Source: Lama glama
Lineage: Eukaryota
NCBI GenBank assembly: GCA_028534125.1
Contig: CM052816.1
Location: forward strand, 12,216,001-12,280,000
Length of the DNA: 64,000 nt
Reading direction: 5' to 3'
Shown here one piece after another: positions 38,258 to 51,470 of this stretch (the first letter of the stretch is position 1; each line of letters opens with the position of its first letter). A program made the translations under genes and the position numbers. Below the pieces are notes generated by a model, which saw only the letters and a program-made list of their open reading frames with translations, did no database searches and was not told the origin of the DNA.

Positions 38258-38271
38258 GGGGGGGGGGGGGG
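38258..38271. repeat. G14 homopolymer
   Basis: Read directly from sequence. Confidence 0.95.
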
Positions 38272-38649
38272 AAACGGAAACAGAAGGAAAAGGAAGAGTT
38301 AAAGCAACAGAGCGAGTTAGCTGAAAATGAGAAAATATAACTTCTGACTATTTGATTAATTCAAATTATTTTGATAACATTTCTTCCCGAATAGTTAACA
38401 GTATCCACCTAGTTGAATCAACAAGTGAAACCATCAATAGCTTTATTTCGCCTTTCCAGCTTCCCTTTTTTTCCCTGATTTTCTGCAAATAAGCCTATTC
38501 TTTTTTCATTTGTGCTTTGATTTATGCTTATCTCTGTATCACAACTTCCTTATTCTCACCACTATCCCCAAGTTCTTCAAACACTTTGGGGAAATATGTA
38601 AATTACTCAAACGTAACTCATATGTATAGTGGATATATGCTCTTTGTTT

Positions 38650-39085
38650 AGCCGACCGACTTTTGAGAACCAACTCTTAGCAACGCTGTCAATCACAGAT
38701 ACTGGATCAATTTCCAGCCATAGAAAGGAACGCATGACTCTGGTAGTCAATCAGTGTGCCGTACTTCTGCCAAACAGATTAGCCTAAGGGTGCGTTGACA
38801 TGCAGAAGCACTGAAGCAAAGTGTCTCTTTTGGATCATGAGCTGTAAATGGTACAGGCGTCTGGTGATCTCTTCCCCTCAGCACAGAAAGTTACTGCCAG
38901 AGAACAAAGCCTTATAAAGCCTGTACCCTAGGAGGGAAGCAGAGCTGAGTCACAGAAAAAAAGAGAAAAAGCCAAGACCACAGCGTTGTGCCTAAAACTA
39001 TTTCCTAGATCTTCTATGTGCAAGAGTCAATTATTCCCTCTGTTTGCTTCAGCTGGTAAGAGTTAGATTTCTGTTGCCAGCTGGT
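38650..39085 (+). mobile_element. MaLR LTR (MLT1J/K-like)
   Basis: gcatgactctggtagtcaatcag and 3' end attccctctgtttgcttcagctggtaagagttagatttctgttgcc. Confidence 0.6.
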
Positions 39086-39849
39086 TATGACCAAACCACA
39101 CCTGTGTGAAACTTTTCTTTGTCTTATCTTTTGATGTTTCATATTAAGCTGCATTTAATTGGTGCTTCATAGCCATTTTTTGAGTTTAAGCTAACTGCAG
39201 CTCTAAATCAGTATCAGTATACTAAACAAAATGTAGAAAGAGCCAAGCACGGGGATGAGGATGATGGCGGTGATAGTGTGGGTGACAGGATGCAAGAATG
39301 GTGACATGAAACTTTTTGAGCACGAAGAATTCATTAGCATTGTTGGAAGACTCTGACTGCAAAACACACTGCTCTTCCTCTAAGTCCTTATCCACAGTTT
39401 TCATGTGTTTCTAGCATAATTGCAGAAAAAAAATTGTTGTTCACATATACAAAGAGATTTTCTAGGGGAGAGATTTAATATACTCGTTTAGAGGAGAGGT
39501 TTTCTTTTAATGCACTTGTTTGGAGGTAGTGTACCTAGGTGGAGTCAATTGCTTGTGACATGGCTTAATGATTGAAAATCAGTCTTCCCTGATCATTAAA
39601 GACATTCCCTCCGCCAACTCTTGCCACCACAAAATAGCAAGACCATAATTTTCTGACTCTTCCCATTGATTAAGAGATTCAAACCAGCAGTATGTATCTT
39701 ACCCGTCTCATCACAGCTACATAGGCCCAATCTATATCGAAGTACATACCTACCTCAAAGTATTGCAAACAATATTTTAAAGGCTTGGACCATAGAAAAA
39801 TAATCCTCTTGTAGCAGCATAAAATACTTCAGGAACAGACATAGTAGTT

Positions 39850-40290
39850 GAAAGCACTACCCCTATGTTAGAAACTTGGGTTTAAGATTCCCTTACACTC
39901 CCTGTTAGCAGATTAACCATGAGCAAGGTAACACGGCCTGCCCAGCTTGTTCCCTCACCTGCAGAATGAGAATGCTAACAGCACCGTACCCGAGGGGCTG
40001 CTGAGAGAACTACATCAGAAAATGCTAGAAAGGCTTTTCGCCAGATTCTAACTTCTCCCTAAGTGCCGGGATATATAAATATGTGCATGCACATGTTTTT
40101 GAATTAGGACCTAATTAGAGCTACAGAAAGTAGTGAGAACCACAAGCTCTCAGTTCATTAACGGTGAAGCTGAAGCACAAAATGAACAAGACTACGGCCC
40201 AAGATAGTGCCACCCGATGATGGCAGCAGAGCAGGCTTCAACGTCTTCTCATTCTCAACACAGCGAGCTCTCTACAGAACCGGAGAGCCT
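39850..40290. mobile_element. Two MIR fragments in opposite orientation
   Basis: + copy ccatgagcaaggtaac...ccctcacctgcagaatgagaatg; - copy acggtgaagctgaagcaca...cccaagatagtgc. Confidence 0.6.
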
Positions 40291-40429
40291 ATGGACCTAA
40301 ACCAAACATCCTCCTAAGTACCAGCGGTAGGCTGGAAATCTACATACTCACTTACGCATACACGCACATTTCTACACCCAGGTTAGCTAGTCTTAAAACT
40401 AATTTTTCTGCTTTGCCATCATAGACCTC

Positions 40430-40473
40430 CACTGTTTTTCAGATTTCTCTTTATATACATATATATTCTCTTT

Positions 40474-40505
<32 letters not shown>

Positions 40506-40600
40506 TCCTTTCCATAGGTTTTTCACTACAGGTTATCACAAGGTACTGAATATAGTTCCCTGTGCTGTACAGAAGGACCTTGTCATCTATTTTATGTATA
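40430..40600 (-). mobile_element. Short L1 3' tail with (TA)n expansion
   Basis: tacaggttatcacaaggtactgaatatagttccctgtgctgtacagaaggaccttg. Confidence 0.85.
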
Positions 40601-41754
40601 ACCACTATTCCTCTGGTTTCTGTTCTGTCTGTAGAATCCTTCCCTCTCCCTTCCTCCCTTTCTTTCATCCTACAAATGCATTTGTGTGTACATCATTTTA
40701 GTTAAGTTCGTATTTCTAGTTATGCATACAGTGAAATAAACCACCACAGGGATGTGACTAGGTCTCCGACGGCCTCGCCGTGTAAGCTTGATACTAGTGG
40801 GACTGTGCAGCCTTTCCCAAAATGCTTGCCAAAACACTGCTCTCCACCACACCCCATCTCCTACCAAGGGTGATCTGAGTTTGTTGCCACAGCAAGAGGC
40901 CATGTGGGACACTAGAAATAAATAGGCCATCAGCACCTGCTTTCAGAACACCACTGTCCAACTTTCAGGAAGCAGGACAACACCCTGAAATAGAGACTGG
41001 ATTCCTATCACAAATTTCATTGATGAAATTTGCTTTTTGGTGGTAAACATTTTTATTCTCTTGAACCAAGTACCTTATCTGAGCCTGGAAAAAGCTTTTA
41101 CAATTCCTTCAAAATGTCCTGTAATGATGTGGCAACTCAGTTGTTTTTTTTTTTTTCCTTTCCCAAGCAGTTGGCTTTGATTCACTTCTGATTTTTATAT
41201 TGTACTTAAAAAGCCCAAGCTCCTCAATCAGTAACACAGTCCTGCATTTTCTGTCCTAGACAGAGTGTGGGAACACTTGTAATTTAACACGCCACTTAGG
41301 CAACAGAGGGGCTGAGATGCTCGCCTTTTAACTAGAATGGGGATGAAGTCACTGTGGACACAGAAACACATTAGTTCATAAGATACAAGGATTCTAAACA
41401 TCATTGCTTTAGAAACCAGAAGAAACTTCTAGGTTTGAAGTGTATGTATAGAAAGCACAGTATTATAAGTTCAGGTGTACTGATGGAGAGAATAGTAAAC
41501 CATAAAACAGTAAAGCGTGACAAAATACATCAGCACAAAGAAACAGGACTGTAGTTGTGGACTTGCCAGTCATCATCAAAATCCATGGTACAGATCATTT
41601 GATACGGGTAACCTCCACCACGTTATGTAGGCAGTCACTTACAACATTTATGCACCAGGTTTTAACCTACAAGTGAAAAAAAAGTATCTCATCTAAAACT
41701 GCTGTTGTGAGACGCTGATAGGAGAGGATTTTGTAAATAAAACAGGAAGAAATA

Positions 41755-41935
41755 CAAATGATGTATCACTGCAGGTTCATCAGTTGTGACAACTGTACCA
41801 ATCTAGCAGGGGGTGTTGATGATGGGGGAAGCTATGCATGTGTGAGGTATGTGGGAAATCTCTGTACTTTCCCCTCAGTTTTGTTGTGAACCTAAAACTG
41901 CTCTAAAAAAATAAAGTCTATCTTTTAAAATGATT
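41755..41935 (+). mobile_element. L1MC-type 3' end
   Basis: aggttcatcagttgtgacaactgtacc...tatgtgggaaatctctgtacttt...tgtgaacctaaaactgctctaaaaaaataaagtc. Confidence 0.85.
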
Positions 41936-42479
41936 AAAAGAGAGAGAGAGAAAGAAGGATAAAAATACCTGTAAGTGGAAAAGAGTGTCAGAAGACTCCT
42001 GATAGCAGATCTGCCCTAAATGTCAATGAAGTCTTGCAGAATGATAGCACAGAGCAACATTTCACAAGTCATCTATGATGTGTTGATTTAGCTCTCCTGG
42101 AGTGATATGTTGAGAGGGACTCTGAGGCTGTTCATATGCTTGGTTTTATCTATTAATAATTTTTGTTATAGATGTGGAAAGGGGAAGAAGGTATAGTGAT
42201 CTATAAGCCACATTATCAACTTGTGTTCTGGATATTTCTCTTTCCTTAAAGCTTTCTCTAGTTTAGCTAATAGAGAAAGTACTCAATAATCACTCAGTGT
42301 TTAATGGAAGTGTAAATGAACCGAGAACTGTATCCTGTTATTCTCTCCCACCTTAAACGCCTTATCTCTGTTCTCCTTTGAGTCTTTTCTTGAGTCCTTC
42401 CAAGGTCCACAATAAGCAGACTGGGTGGTCTACCACACAGTGAGCCTCTGATTCTATGACTGCCCACTACTTCACTACC

Positions 42480-42715
42480 TTCAAGTCTTTCTCAGACATC
42501 TTTCCATGGAGGTATACCTGACTTCCCTATTTCAAACTGCATTCCTTAATCTACTCTTTTTAAAACCTAATTCCCTCATACTTTACAAGTAAGTTCTTTA
42601 TTAAGACTATTGATTATTGCCAGTCTCCCCAAGCTGGAATGTAAATTCTACTAGAGTAAGAATCTTTGTTTCATTATAAAGGCCAAATACTCAGTAAGTG
42701 CTTGTTAAATGAGTA
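42480..42715 (+). mobile_element. L2 3' end
   Basis: cagtctccccaagctggaatgtaaattctac...tactcagtaagtgcttgttaaatgag. Confidence 0.65.
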
Positions 42716-42914
42716 CATTTTCACAGGCAACCTTTTCCACCCAACTGCTTTATTAGCATCATGAAATTGAAGACAGTATTCCATTTCTTTTGCATTTTCC
42801 TGGGACACCTGGCAAAGCACTGGGAATAGGTCCTTAGCTGAACATTAATAGTTGATCTGACTTGACTTTAATCAGCCACTTATCACACTGTGTACTGCTA
42901 CTGCAGTGATAGGA

Positions 42915-43150
42915 AATATTTTTCAGTACTTAATGTGTACTAGGCACCATGGCAAATGGTTTACATATATTATGTCACTTAATCCTCACAAAAACTCTAT
43001 GAGTCAGTGACACTTATTTCTCCAAAGAACAAGGAGAGTGAGGCTGAAGGGGCTATGCCATTTCTCCTAAGTCATTATAGCTAGTAAGTGACACAGTGTG
43101 GGTTGCATTGAGGCCATCTGACTTCAGAACCCCAGCATTTAACCATTTTA
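42915..43150 (-). mobile_element. MIR SINE
   Basis: cacttaatcctcacaaaaactctatgag...cctaagtcattatagctagtaagtgac. Confidence 0.8.
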
Positions 43151-44185
43151 TGGATAAAACATAGTTTGGAGAAGGTACTTCAAGACTACCAGATTGGAAG
43201 AAAGTTTCTAATTCTGGCTCTACTTGACATTGAGGGATTCACTTTCTTTCTATATTGCCTAGTTTTTTCCTGCCTAATACTAGGAGATCATTTCTTTCCA
43301 GACTAAAAGAATCGACAATCAGTCAGTCAATCAATTAGCAACCTTTGCCCGCAAAGCACTTGGGATACCTAAAAAAGTCTCCTCTAGAATTCTAAGGAAT
43401 ATAAATCAAAATATTTGTTTGGGCTACTAATAACCTGTTGCTACAGGAAGACTGGATTGTAGTTAGCAGTAAGACAGCTCATAAAAAATCACAAACTAAA
43501 ACTCAGTGGGAAACAGAGTTCAAAGTGGAGGGGTCCAGAGCAGGAGGGTGGTGGAGCCAGTGCTTTCTGAGAGATGGCAACCATGGCATGTTCCATGGAG
43601 GAAGCTGGATATATTCCACCAGCTGGATGGGCTGCAAACTCACAAAGCCAGAAATACTTCTGAGGCCAGGTCTTGAAATAGCAAAGATATCCTTAAATGT
43701 CTTCTACAGATATTGAAGAGAACATACATGTCAGCTGATAAACATTAACTTCCAAAGCAGGGAATTGGTTAGCACATTGATGAATTCAAGCCCTGTTTCT
43801 CTTTCTATCACTCAGAACCATTTGAACAAACCAAGTTTTTTATTTGACTAAGGCCTGATTCACTACAAAGAACAGAAGCTTACTCAGATACTCTATGAAA
43901 AGAGGTGTATCATAAAGAGTAAGACCTCATACAAAGACTGCCATACAGGACCCACCATCCAATAGAACATTACTGCAAGTAGAAAGCTGACAAGAAGCAA
44001 AGGAAGTTAGGACTGGGTCTCCCATTCTCAACTGACCTAATTCTCTCTGTACATTAGCTACACTTATTTCTTCTAACCAACATCTTCTCCTTAATCTTGT
44101 TACTTCCTACTGTTTTCATTGTTTTCTTCCAAAACCTCCAAATAGACAGAATATTGTGTCTCCTCATTTTATCACATATGTGTCT

Positions 44186-45126
44186 AAATCAAAACCACAG
44201 TGAAATATCACCTCACACTTATCAGGATGGGAATTATTTAAAAAAAAAAAAGACAAGTATTGGCAAGATTGTGGAGAAATGGGAACCCTTGTGCACTGTT
44301 GATGGGAATGTAAATAGTACGGCCACTCTGGCAAGCAGTACAGAAGTGCCTCAAAAACTTAAAAACTGACCGACATTATGATCCAGCCTTCCACCTTCTG
44401 AGTCTACATCCAAGAGAACTAAAATCAGGATCTCAGTGATATCGACTCAATGCATTACTATTTACAATGCCAAGATATGGAAACAACCCAAGCATCTATC
44501 AATAGAAGAATGGAATGAATATATATATATATATATATAATAGAATATTACTCAGCCTTAAAAGATAAGGAAATCCTGTCATGTGTGACAACGTGGATGA
44601 ACCTGGAGGACATTATGCTGTGAAATAAGCCAGACACGTAAGGTCAAACGCCACAAGACTGTACTGCTATAAGGTATTTAAAATAGTCAAACACAGAAGC
44701 AAAGAATACAACAGAGGTGGCCAGGGACTGGCCTGGGGACAAATGGAGGGCGGATATTCAAAGGATGCAAAATTTCAGTTATGCTGCGTAAGTAAATTCT
44801 ACAGATCGGCTATACATAGTAGGACCATCAGTTAACCATACAGTACTGTGCACTTCAAAATGTGGTAAGAGGGTAGATCTCATGTAAAGTGTCCTTATAA
44901 AACAACATCAAAAAACAACAGTACAACAACAAATAAAAACAAACAAACCAAAAAAACCCACCACCACCAACAAAGGGACACACAAACTCTGGGAGGTGTC
45001 TGTTACCTTCATCGCGGTGACAGTATCACAGGTGTCTGCTTATGTTCAAACTTGTCAAGCTGTACACATAAATATGTGTGGTTCTTTGTACTTCAAAGAA
45101 TTGTACCTCAATAAAGCTATTAAAAT
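44186..45126 (+). mobile_element. L1 3' end (L1MA9-like)
   Basis: aaatcaaaaccacagtgaaatatcacctcacac, tggatgaacctggaggacattatgc, agagggtagatctcatg, ends tacctcaataaagctattaaaa. Confidence 0.9.
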
Positions 45127-45259
45127 TATAATTATGGTTCATTACATCAAAGTATAGATAAAAATAGATATAGATATCGTAATTTAGGAATATACTGAAT
45201 TTGGTTTTGGGCCAGGAAATCAGGGAAGTCCTCCCCTAGGATGCTAAGTGGTGAATTTC

Positions 45260-46470
45260 ACCTACGAGTTAACAAATGTTTCAATATCTATTATATGCCT
45301 GAAACTATCTTAGAAATTAAGGCATAATACTGCATAGGACAGATAAAGCCCCTCAGAAAGTTTATAATTTACAATTTGGAGGAAAAAGTAATAAACAATT
45401 GAGAAAATAAAAGATAAAGTAATTTCAGACAGTGATACACACTTTTAAACCAATAAAGAGATTGACTAGTGGAGGAATGGTGATTTAAATTTGAACTGAG
45501 ACAAGAATACTGCATAGGAGCCAATCAACTAATGATCTTGGATAGGAATATTTCTGTAAAGTTAGAACTTTGGCAACCCTGAGGACAAAGAACTCAGCTG
45601 GAGACAGATCATGCAGACCCTTATAAGAATATGGGTTTTATCCTACAAAATAAAGGAGTATAGATTTTATTCTAATTGTAATGGGAAGCCATTGGAGGGT
45701 TTAATATGGGATATAATTTCTCTAAATTTAAAGTTGGGTTATAGTAAGCCCATGCTGAAAAAGGAACTTGCTGGGAAGAACAATTTTCCCGAAAGAATAG
45801 CCACGATTTTCAAAGTCCCAGACAAGAGAGAGGGTGGATGAATCACAGCAGCAAAGAAGAAAGTGGCAAAACATACAGCTAAATCAGTAGGCAGGGGCCA
45901 AGCTGCAGGTGCCTTGAAGGACATGCGTAATATTTGAGACTTTGGCATAGTGAGAAGCAACATCATTGGTTCCCCTTTCAGAGAGACTGCTTTGGAGGCA
46001 GTGAAGAGAAAGGATTATGTAGGGCAGTCACATAACGCAGGGCAGCGAGAACAGTTAGATGGCTCTTAGATGCCGCGCTCAGAGAAGACAACATGGGAAC
46101 CAGAAGCTAGGGTGGTGAGATGGAGCACCACGGGTGGTGAGAGACACTTCAGAACTACAACCTGCAAGACTGAATGACTCATTAGCTGTCAGTCCTGACA
46201 GCCAGGTACTTCGACTTCGATGACTTTGTGGTGGTTGATACTGTTTCCTCAAACAGGGAGCTCACTAGGAGTAAATTCAACAGGGAGGATGAAGAGTTCA
46301 GTTTTAGTCAAGCTGCAGTTCAGGCACCTGAAACACATCTAAAGTGAAATATCCAGTTAGTCGCTGGGTAAAAAGGCTCAATGTCGGGAGAGAGTTTGAG
46401 ATACAGATTTTGGGCTATCAGCACAGAGCTGTGAAAAGACACAGTGGGAGCGTATGAGGTCACCTTCTCC
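45260..46470 (-). mobile_element. L2 fragments
   Basis: gattttattctaattgtaatgggaagccattggaggg; gaagagttcagttttagtcaagctgcagttcaggcacc. Confidence 0.7.
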
Positions 46471-47389
46471 CTAAGGAATGCCATCTTCCCAAACTAACGT
46501 TTTTAGAAATACAAGCTATCTTGGGGGTCATTTAGTCCAACTCTCCTACTTCGCAAATGAATCAACTACTTATCTAGAGAGAAAGTGATGTGTAAAGGAC
46601 CGTGTAGGAGGCAGTAAGTGGTAGAGAGAGATCAAGAGAGAAGGGGAGTATAGAATGTTAAAGTTCATCTCTCCCAAATTCAGTCCAACTTCTTTATACT
46701 ACCCTATGCATCTAATTATATTGCAACATTGGCACCCTGTAAAGTAAAATGACATCTTCGCTTACTTTATGTAAAAATTCTGATTTCTAAAAGATCACAT
46801 TATGCCTATGGATTGGTAAAGAAATACTGTGTGACCATGATTAATTACAATCTCTAAAAGTGCTAGTTATTGTTATGCTATTAATTAGTTTAATGAAGCA
46901 TTAATTTAGATTGAAAATGATACTGATAACTGTTTTAATTTTAGAAACCAGTATTCTCATTAACAAGTTATTGCTCTACCTATAGGCATCACTAGATTAA
47001 CCTCCACATATAAAAGAAGCAACATTGCAAATAGCAGAAACAAGACTTATATTCAGGAAATGTTTTTACTTTTAATTTATTTGAAAGAAATATGTTTTAC
47101 CTTGATTCTGTTCCTCCCTTGGCTCTGACAAGTCTGGGACATAAATATGTGAACCATTTAGTGATTATAATTTAGCAAAATATTAAAAAAAATGTTTCCA
47201 AAATGGTGCACATTTTCCCACCTTTGTTACTCGCTGAACATGAAGGACTTAAAAATCTTTCCTGTGAGTGAGCCCAGGATTTGTATCAGTTAGTGAATGT
47301 CAGAAACGCCATCTCATTTCCTTACAAGCCACAGGAGAAAATCAGAATTACTGTCCAGTCTTAGAAACTTCAAAATTACATCAAGAAAA

Positions 47390-47790
47390 GAGCTTAAGGA
47401 TCACTGAAAGGCCTTCATCATATTTCTAACTTCACTTTCTACCTCCTCTCCCACCCAAAATACTTTCAGTTACATTCATGTTTGTGTTTCCTGAGCATGG
47501 AACGCTCTTTCCTCAGAGCTGTCCAGAGCTAGGCTATTTCTATCATTGAGGAACTGACTTGAATGTGACCTCCTCAAAGGTGTTCCCTGACCACCGTGTC
47601 TAATGTAGATCCTGTCTGCCCTTACTGGCTGTCTATCCCATCTTCCTGTTTTACAGTAGCTATCACCTCCAACTATAAAATTATCTTATTTTTTTTTTTT
47701 TTTTGCACATTTTCCCCTGTCTCTCCCACAATGGAAGCTCCTTGGGAGCAGGGAATTTGTCTCATTCACAGCTATATCTCAGTGCCTTTT
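47390..47790 (+). mobile_element. L2 3' end
   Basis: aatgtgacctcctcaaaggtgttccctgaccacc...ggaagctccttgggagcagggaatttgtctcattcacagctatatctcagtgcc. Confidence 0.75.
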
Positions 47791-50700
47791 GCAGTGAAGG
47801 GCTTATTTTTGACTACAAGTAATTACAAATAAGTAGATCCAGCATATCTCCTTCCATTTATAGTTTGGGAGCTTGTGGTCCATTAAACAATGGCAATGCT
47901 AAGGCAAGAATCCATTGTTTTCATTCGAAATCAAGAAAGCTTTTTTTTTTTAAATCTCACACATTATTTTCATCTATCTCATCTGAAAGAGTTCTCCACG
48001 GGGCATTTAAACAGTTTTGAAAATTCATAAACAGTAAGATGATATGTTAATACTGACTGAACACCATTTCAGTGCCAAGCACTGCACTGTTTTATTTGCT
48101 TCAGCACACTGAATGTTTGCAGTAACTTTAGGCTAGTAAGTCCCATTCTCAGATTTAGAGAGAGAGCAAGAAACAGAAAGAGACTCAGATCTAAGTAATG
48201 TGCCCTCATTCACACAGCTGGTGTTTTTGAATGATTCCAAACATCAGTGTCGTAAGAGTTTTGCCATGTTATATTGAGTTAACTTTAGTAATTTATTGAG
48301 CACTGAGGGAAAAAGGAATCCTCCAAGAGAAGCAAACCTGAGGACAAATAAATATCACAGCAAATCAGACTGGTTAGATTTGTATTCTTTGTGAGCTACA
48401 ATGTGACGGCAATCGGCGGGAGCTTTCACTAGGTCACTTCATATTGATCACTGGACCACTAGGTTGCGGGAAAGGCCCACGGCCTGAGGCTGACTGACAG
48501 ACTGTCCATCACCGTAACTTCTCAAATGCCTAATGGAGGAGTGTCAGCATTGGGGCCCCAAGGATAAAAAGATTAATAAAACTCACAACTCATATTTCAA
48601 GTGTATTTTCAACCTAAAATAAAATGAATCCAAATCCTGCATTCATCAAATTGATTTTTCTGTGTGTTAATGTCAGAATTTACAGATTTCCTTTCAATAG
48701 TCTTTTAGGTTCTTAAATGTCACAATAAATAACAGACTTAAACAGATTATTTAATTTAGTGAAAAAGAGATAGAGATTATCTTTAAGCTCCTTTTCAAAC
48801 AAAAGACTCATTATTTTCAGAGCTGCACAATGTTTAAAAAATAGAAATATTCTCCCTCTCCAAGAATAAAGTGGGAAAAGTAGGAATCCACTGAGTCTAG
48901 TATTGTTTGTAATTAAATTGGAGCAACTAGGATTATTATACATATTTATTGACATGTATTTCAAACTTTGTTGGACTATTTGTAGTGTTTAAAAGCAAGT
49001 AAGAGGAAAACACTAATGTCAAATATTTTTAGTATCTTAGCTTCCTCTTTCAAAGAGCCTAAACACTCAGATGGCATTCCTAAACAAGTTCCATCTCATT
49101 AGTCCTTAAAGAGAACTGAACATTTTTATTTTCCCATAGTATCTTTTTATTCTTCTTCCAAAATAATTCATTTGTGATTTTCCTGTTGATGGTACATTTA
49201 CCTGAATCCACTTCTAAACCTGTTCTAATCTATTTTTTAGGAAGAGTTTCCCATTCCATCAGACGTAGGAGGGATGGTAGTGTGGCGGGGAGGAGGGACT
49301 AGTGACAGTCTTCCTAGGTGACCTTGAAAGAGTTGTTAAAGCGTGTGGTGCCTCAACTCCTCATGTTTAAGAGCACAGAAGTTGAAGTAGTGAGCTCAAA
49401 GATGGCTCTGCCCCTCGAGTGGCTGTGACCTTAGACATAACAACCTCTTCTCTCATCCCATGCAAGGTCCTTGAACAATATTCAAAAGGTCATAATAATA
49501 CTGAAATGTTTCAAATGCATGCATGTGTGCACTATCATTTTTTTCCTGGGTTGAGAGGCAATAGTTTTATCTCATTAGATTCCAAAAAGAGTTTGTGAAC
49601 CACCTCGTGATCCAATTTTAAGAGCCACTGTCTACTTTGTAGCTCCACCTATGAAAGTCTATAACTCACAGTAGGTAAGAGAATATATTCTAGATACAGA
49701 CTCTTGGATTTCATTCCCACCCTTCAAAATACTAATTTTCTGACCTTGTACAAGTTACATATTTTTTTAACTGTTCAGTCTCTTATCAATAACAAAGGAT
49801 AACAGAACATCCCTTATAAAATTCCTTTTAAGTCTTAAGTGAGAGTATGTAGACGACATGCTTGACACGTAGTAAATATTCGATGCTAATTTTATTTATG
49901 TTTTAAAATAAAATAAAATAAAATGGCCATATAGATCAGATCATGTGTTTACTTTTCTAGTATGTAAGAAGAAAAAAAAGTTTCAATAAGTATCTGTGAA
50001 ACGAATGAACAAACAAGTCTTCTGAGTAGGCCAGTAAATATCTGGACTTGGTCAAAATCAGAGATGAACTACCTTGTCTCAAATGGTGCTAAACAGTTAG
50101 AGGGAAAAACTGAGGCTGCTCAGTCATTTCATCTTTATGCCATTTCTTACGCTAGTACGAAGGCCATCATTTAACCTTACCATGTAAACAGCAACTCAGA
50201 TCATCTTTGTTTCTTTCTTTGCACTCAGTTTGTTTTCCCCTAACCCAAATGTACTGTCTAACTAACAATTTTTAAACAGTTTAACATCCCCAATACATAC
50301 TCTATCTTGAAGCTTTTTTTTTTTCAATTTCTTTATTCAGGATGTCCATTCAAGGTGCTACACAGATGAATTAATACCTATTTTAAAAAGTGAGAATAAA
50401 AACAGTATGGTTTTTTATTGCTGTTCTTGTAGGCTAATTGCAGCACTGTTATTACTGTTTCAATTATTAGTAGTAAGTGTTTAGCAGACATCTGTTAATG
50501 TTGGAGTTTTAGGCAGCTTGTTCTGTAACAGCTGGAGATCTGAAATAATGATCTCTGAATACTAAATTCACCTTTGAAGTGCATTTTGTACTCAACTAAT
50601 TTAAGGCATTTCTTACACGTCTTAATTATTCAAGGCTTGAGACATGGTTTTAGTATATTAGAAAGAGCCAGACTCAAGGTGGCCTTAGTTCCAGTAACTG

Positions 50701-51447
50701 CTCCCTCTCTAATTAGTAGTGAGATGTCTGAACAACTCTTAAAATCCCCAGGCCTTGGTCTCCTCATTTGTAAAACTGGGGGTGGGAGGAGCTGGCTAGA
50801 TGATCCCTATGTTGCTGGACAAATAATCCTGTGACCCCAGCTCTGTGAAGGAAGTTAATGATCTGAATATATGCATAAAGAAGTCCCACTGAGCTGCTCC
50901 TACCAAATCAACCGGAAAAGTTCAAGGCTTTTTTTTTTTCCAATTCATGAATGAACCTGGAAGAAACAGCCTCATAATAGTAAATGTCACTCTTAAGTAC
51001 TTATTTAAACAAAACCCCATGTCATCCAAGTAAGAAAAGGATGCCAAGGGTTTGTACTTAAGAATTTTATGTCTAGCTTGATTCAAATTTATATCCCTTC
51101 ACCAAACATTTGATGTACACTCACTGCATAGCAGCCACAGGACACAGAAATAAGCTTCACATAGTCTGAGCCCTTATGAATCCAAAACACCAACGACTCG
51201 CAGGATGAAGTGTGTCCCTTCATGTTCCATGCTTCATATACAGTGCTCCATCAGTGTGTGTTGAATTGAATAGGAGTAAAAAGGTACAGAGACTCTGACA
51301 GAGATAAGCTAGCCATGCTTTAGACCAGCACTTCACCTCTCCATGATGTGATTCTCTGCAGACTCAGCAGTGAATTTAAGGGGTGAAAGAGTTCTGATGT
51401 GGGGGACTTGCAGAGGCAATAGTAAACACTGTAGTTTTCACAGTTCC

Positions 51448-51470
51448 TTTTTTTTTTTTTTTTTTTTTTT
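51448..51470. repeat. T23 homopolymer
   Basis: Read directly; source of the poly-K in ORF 51320-51721. Confidence 0.95.

Noticed and set aside
46174..46202. AP-1 site next to the GCTGTCAG-TC-CTGACAGC inverted repeat
   Set aside because: An 8-bp stem is near chance level and it lies inside a decayed L2
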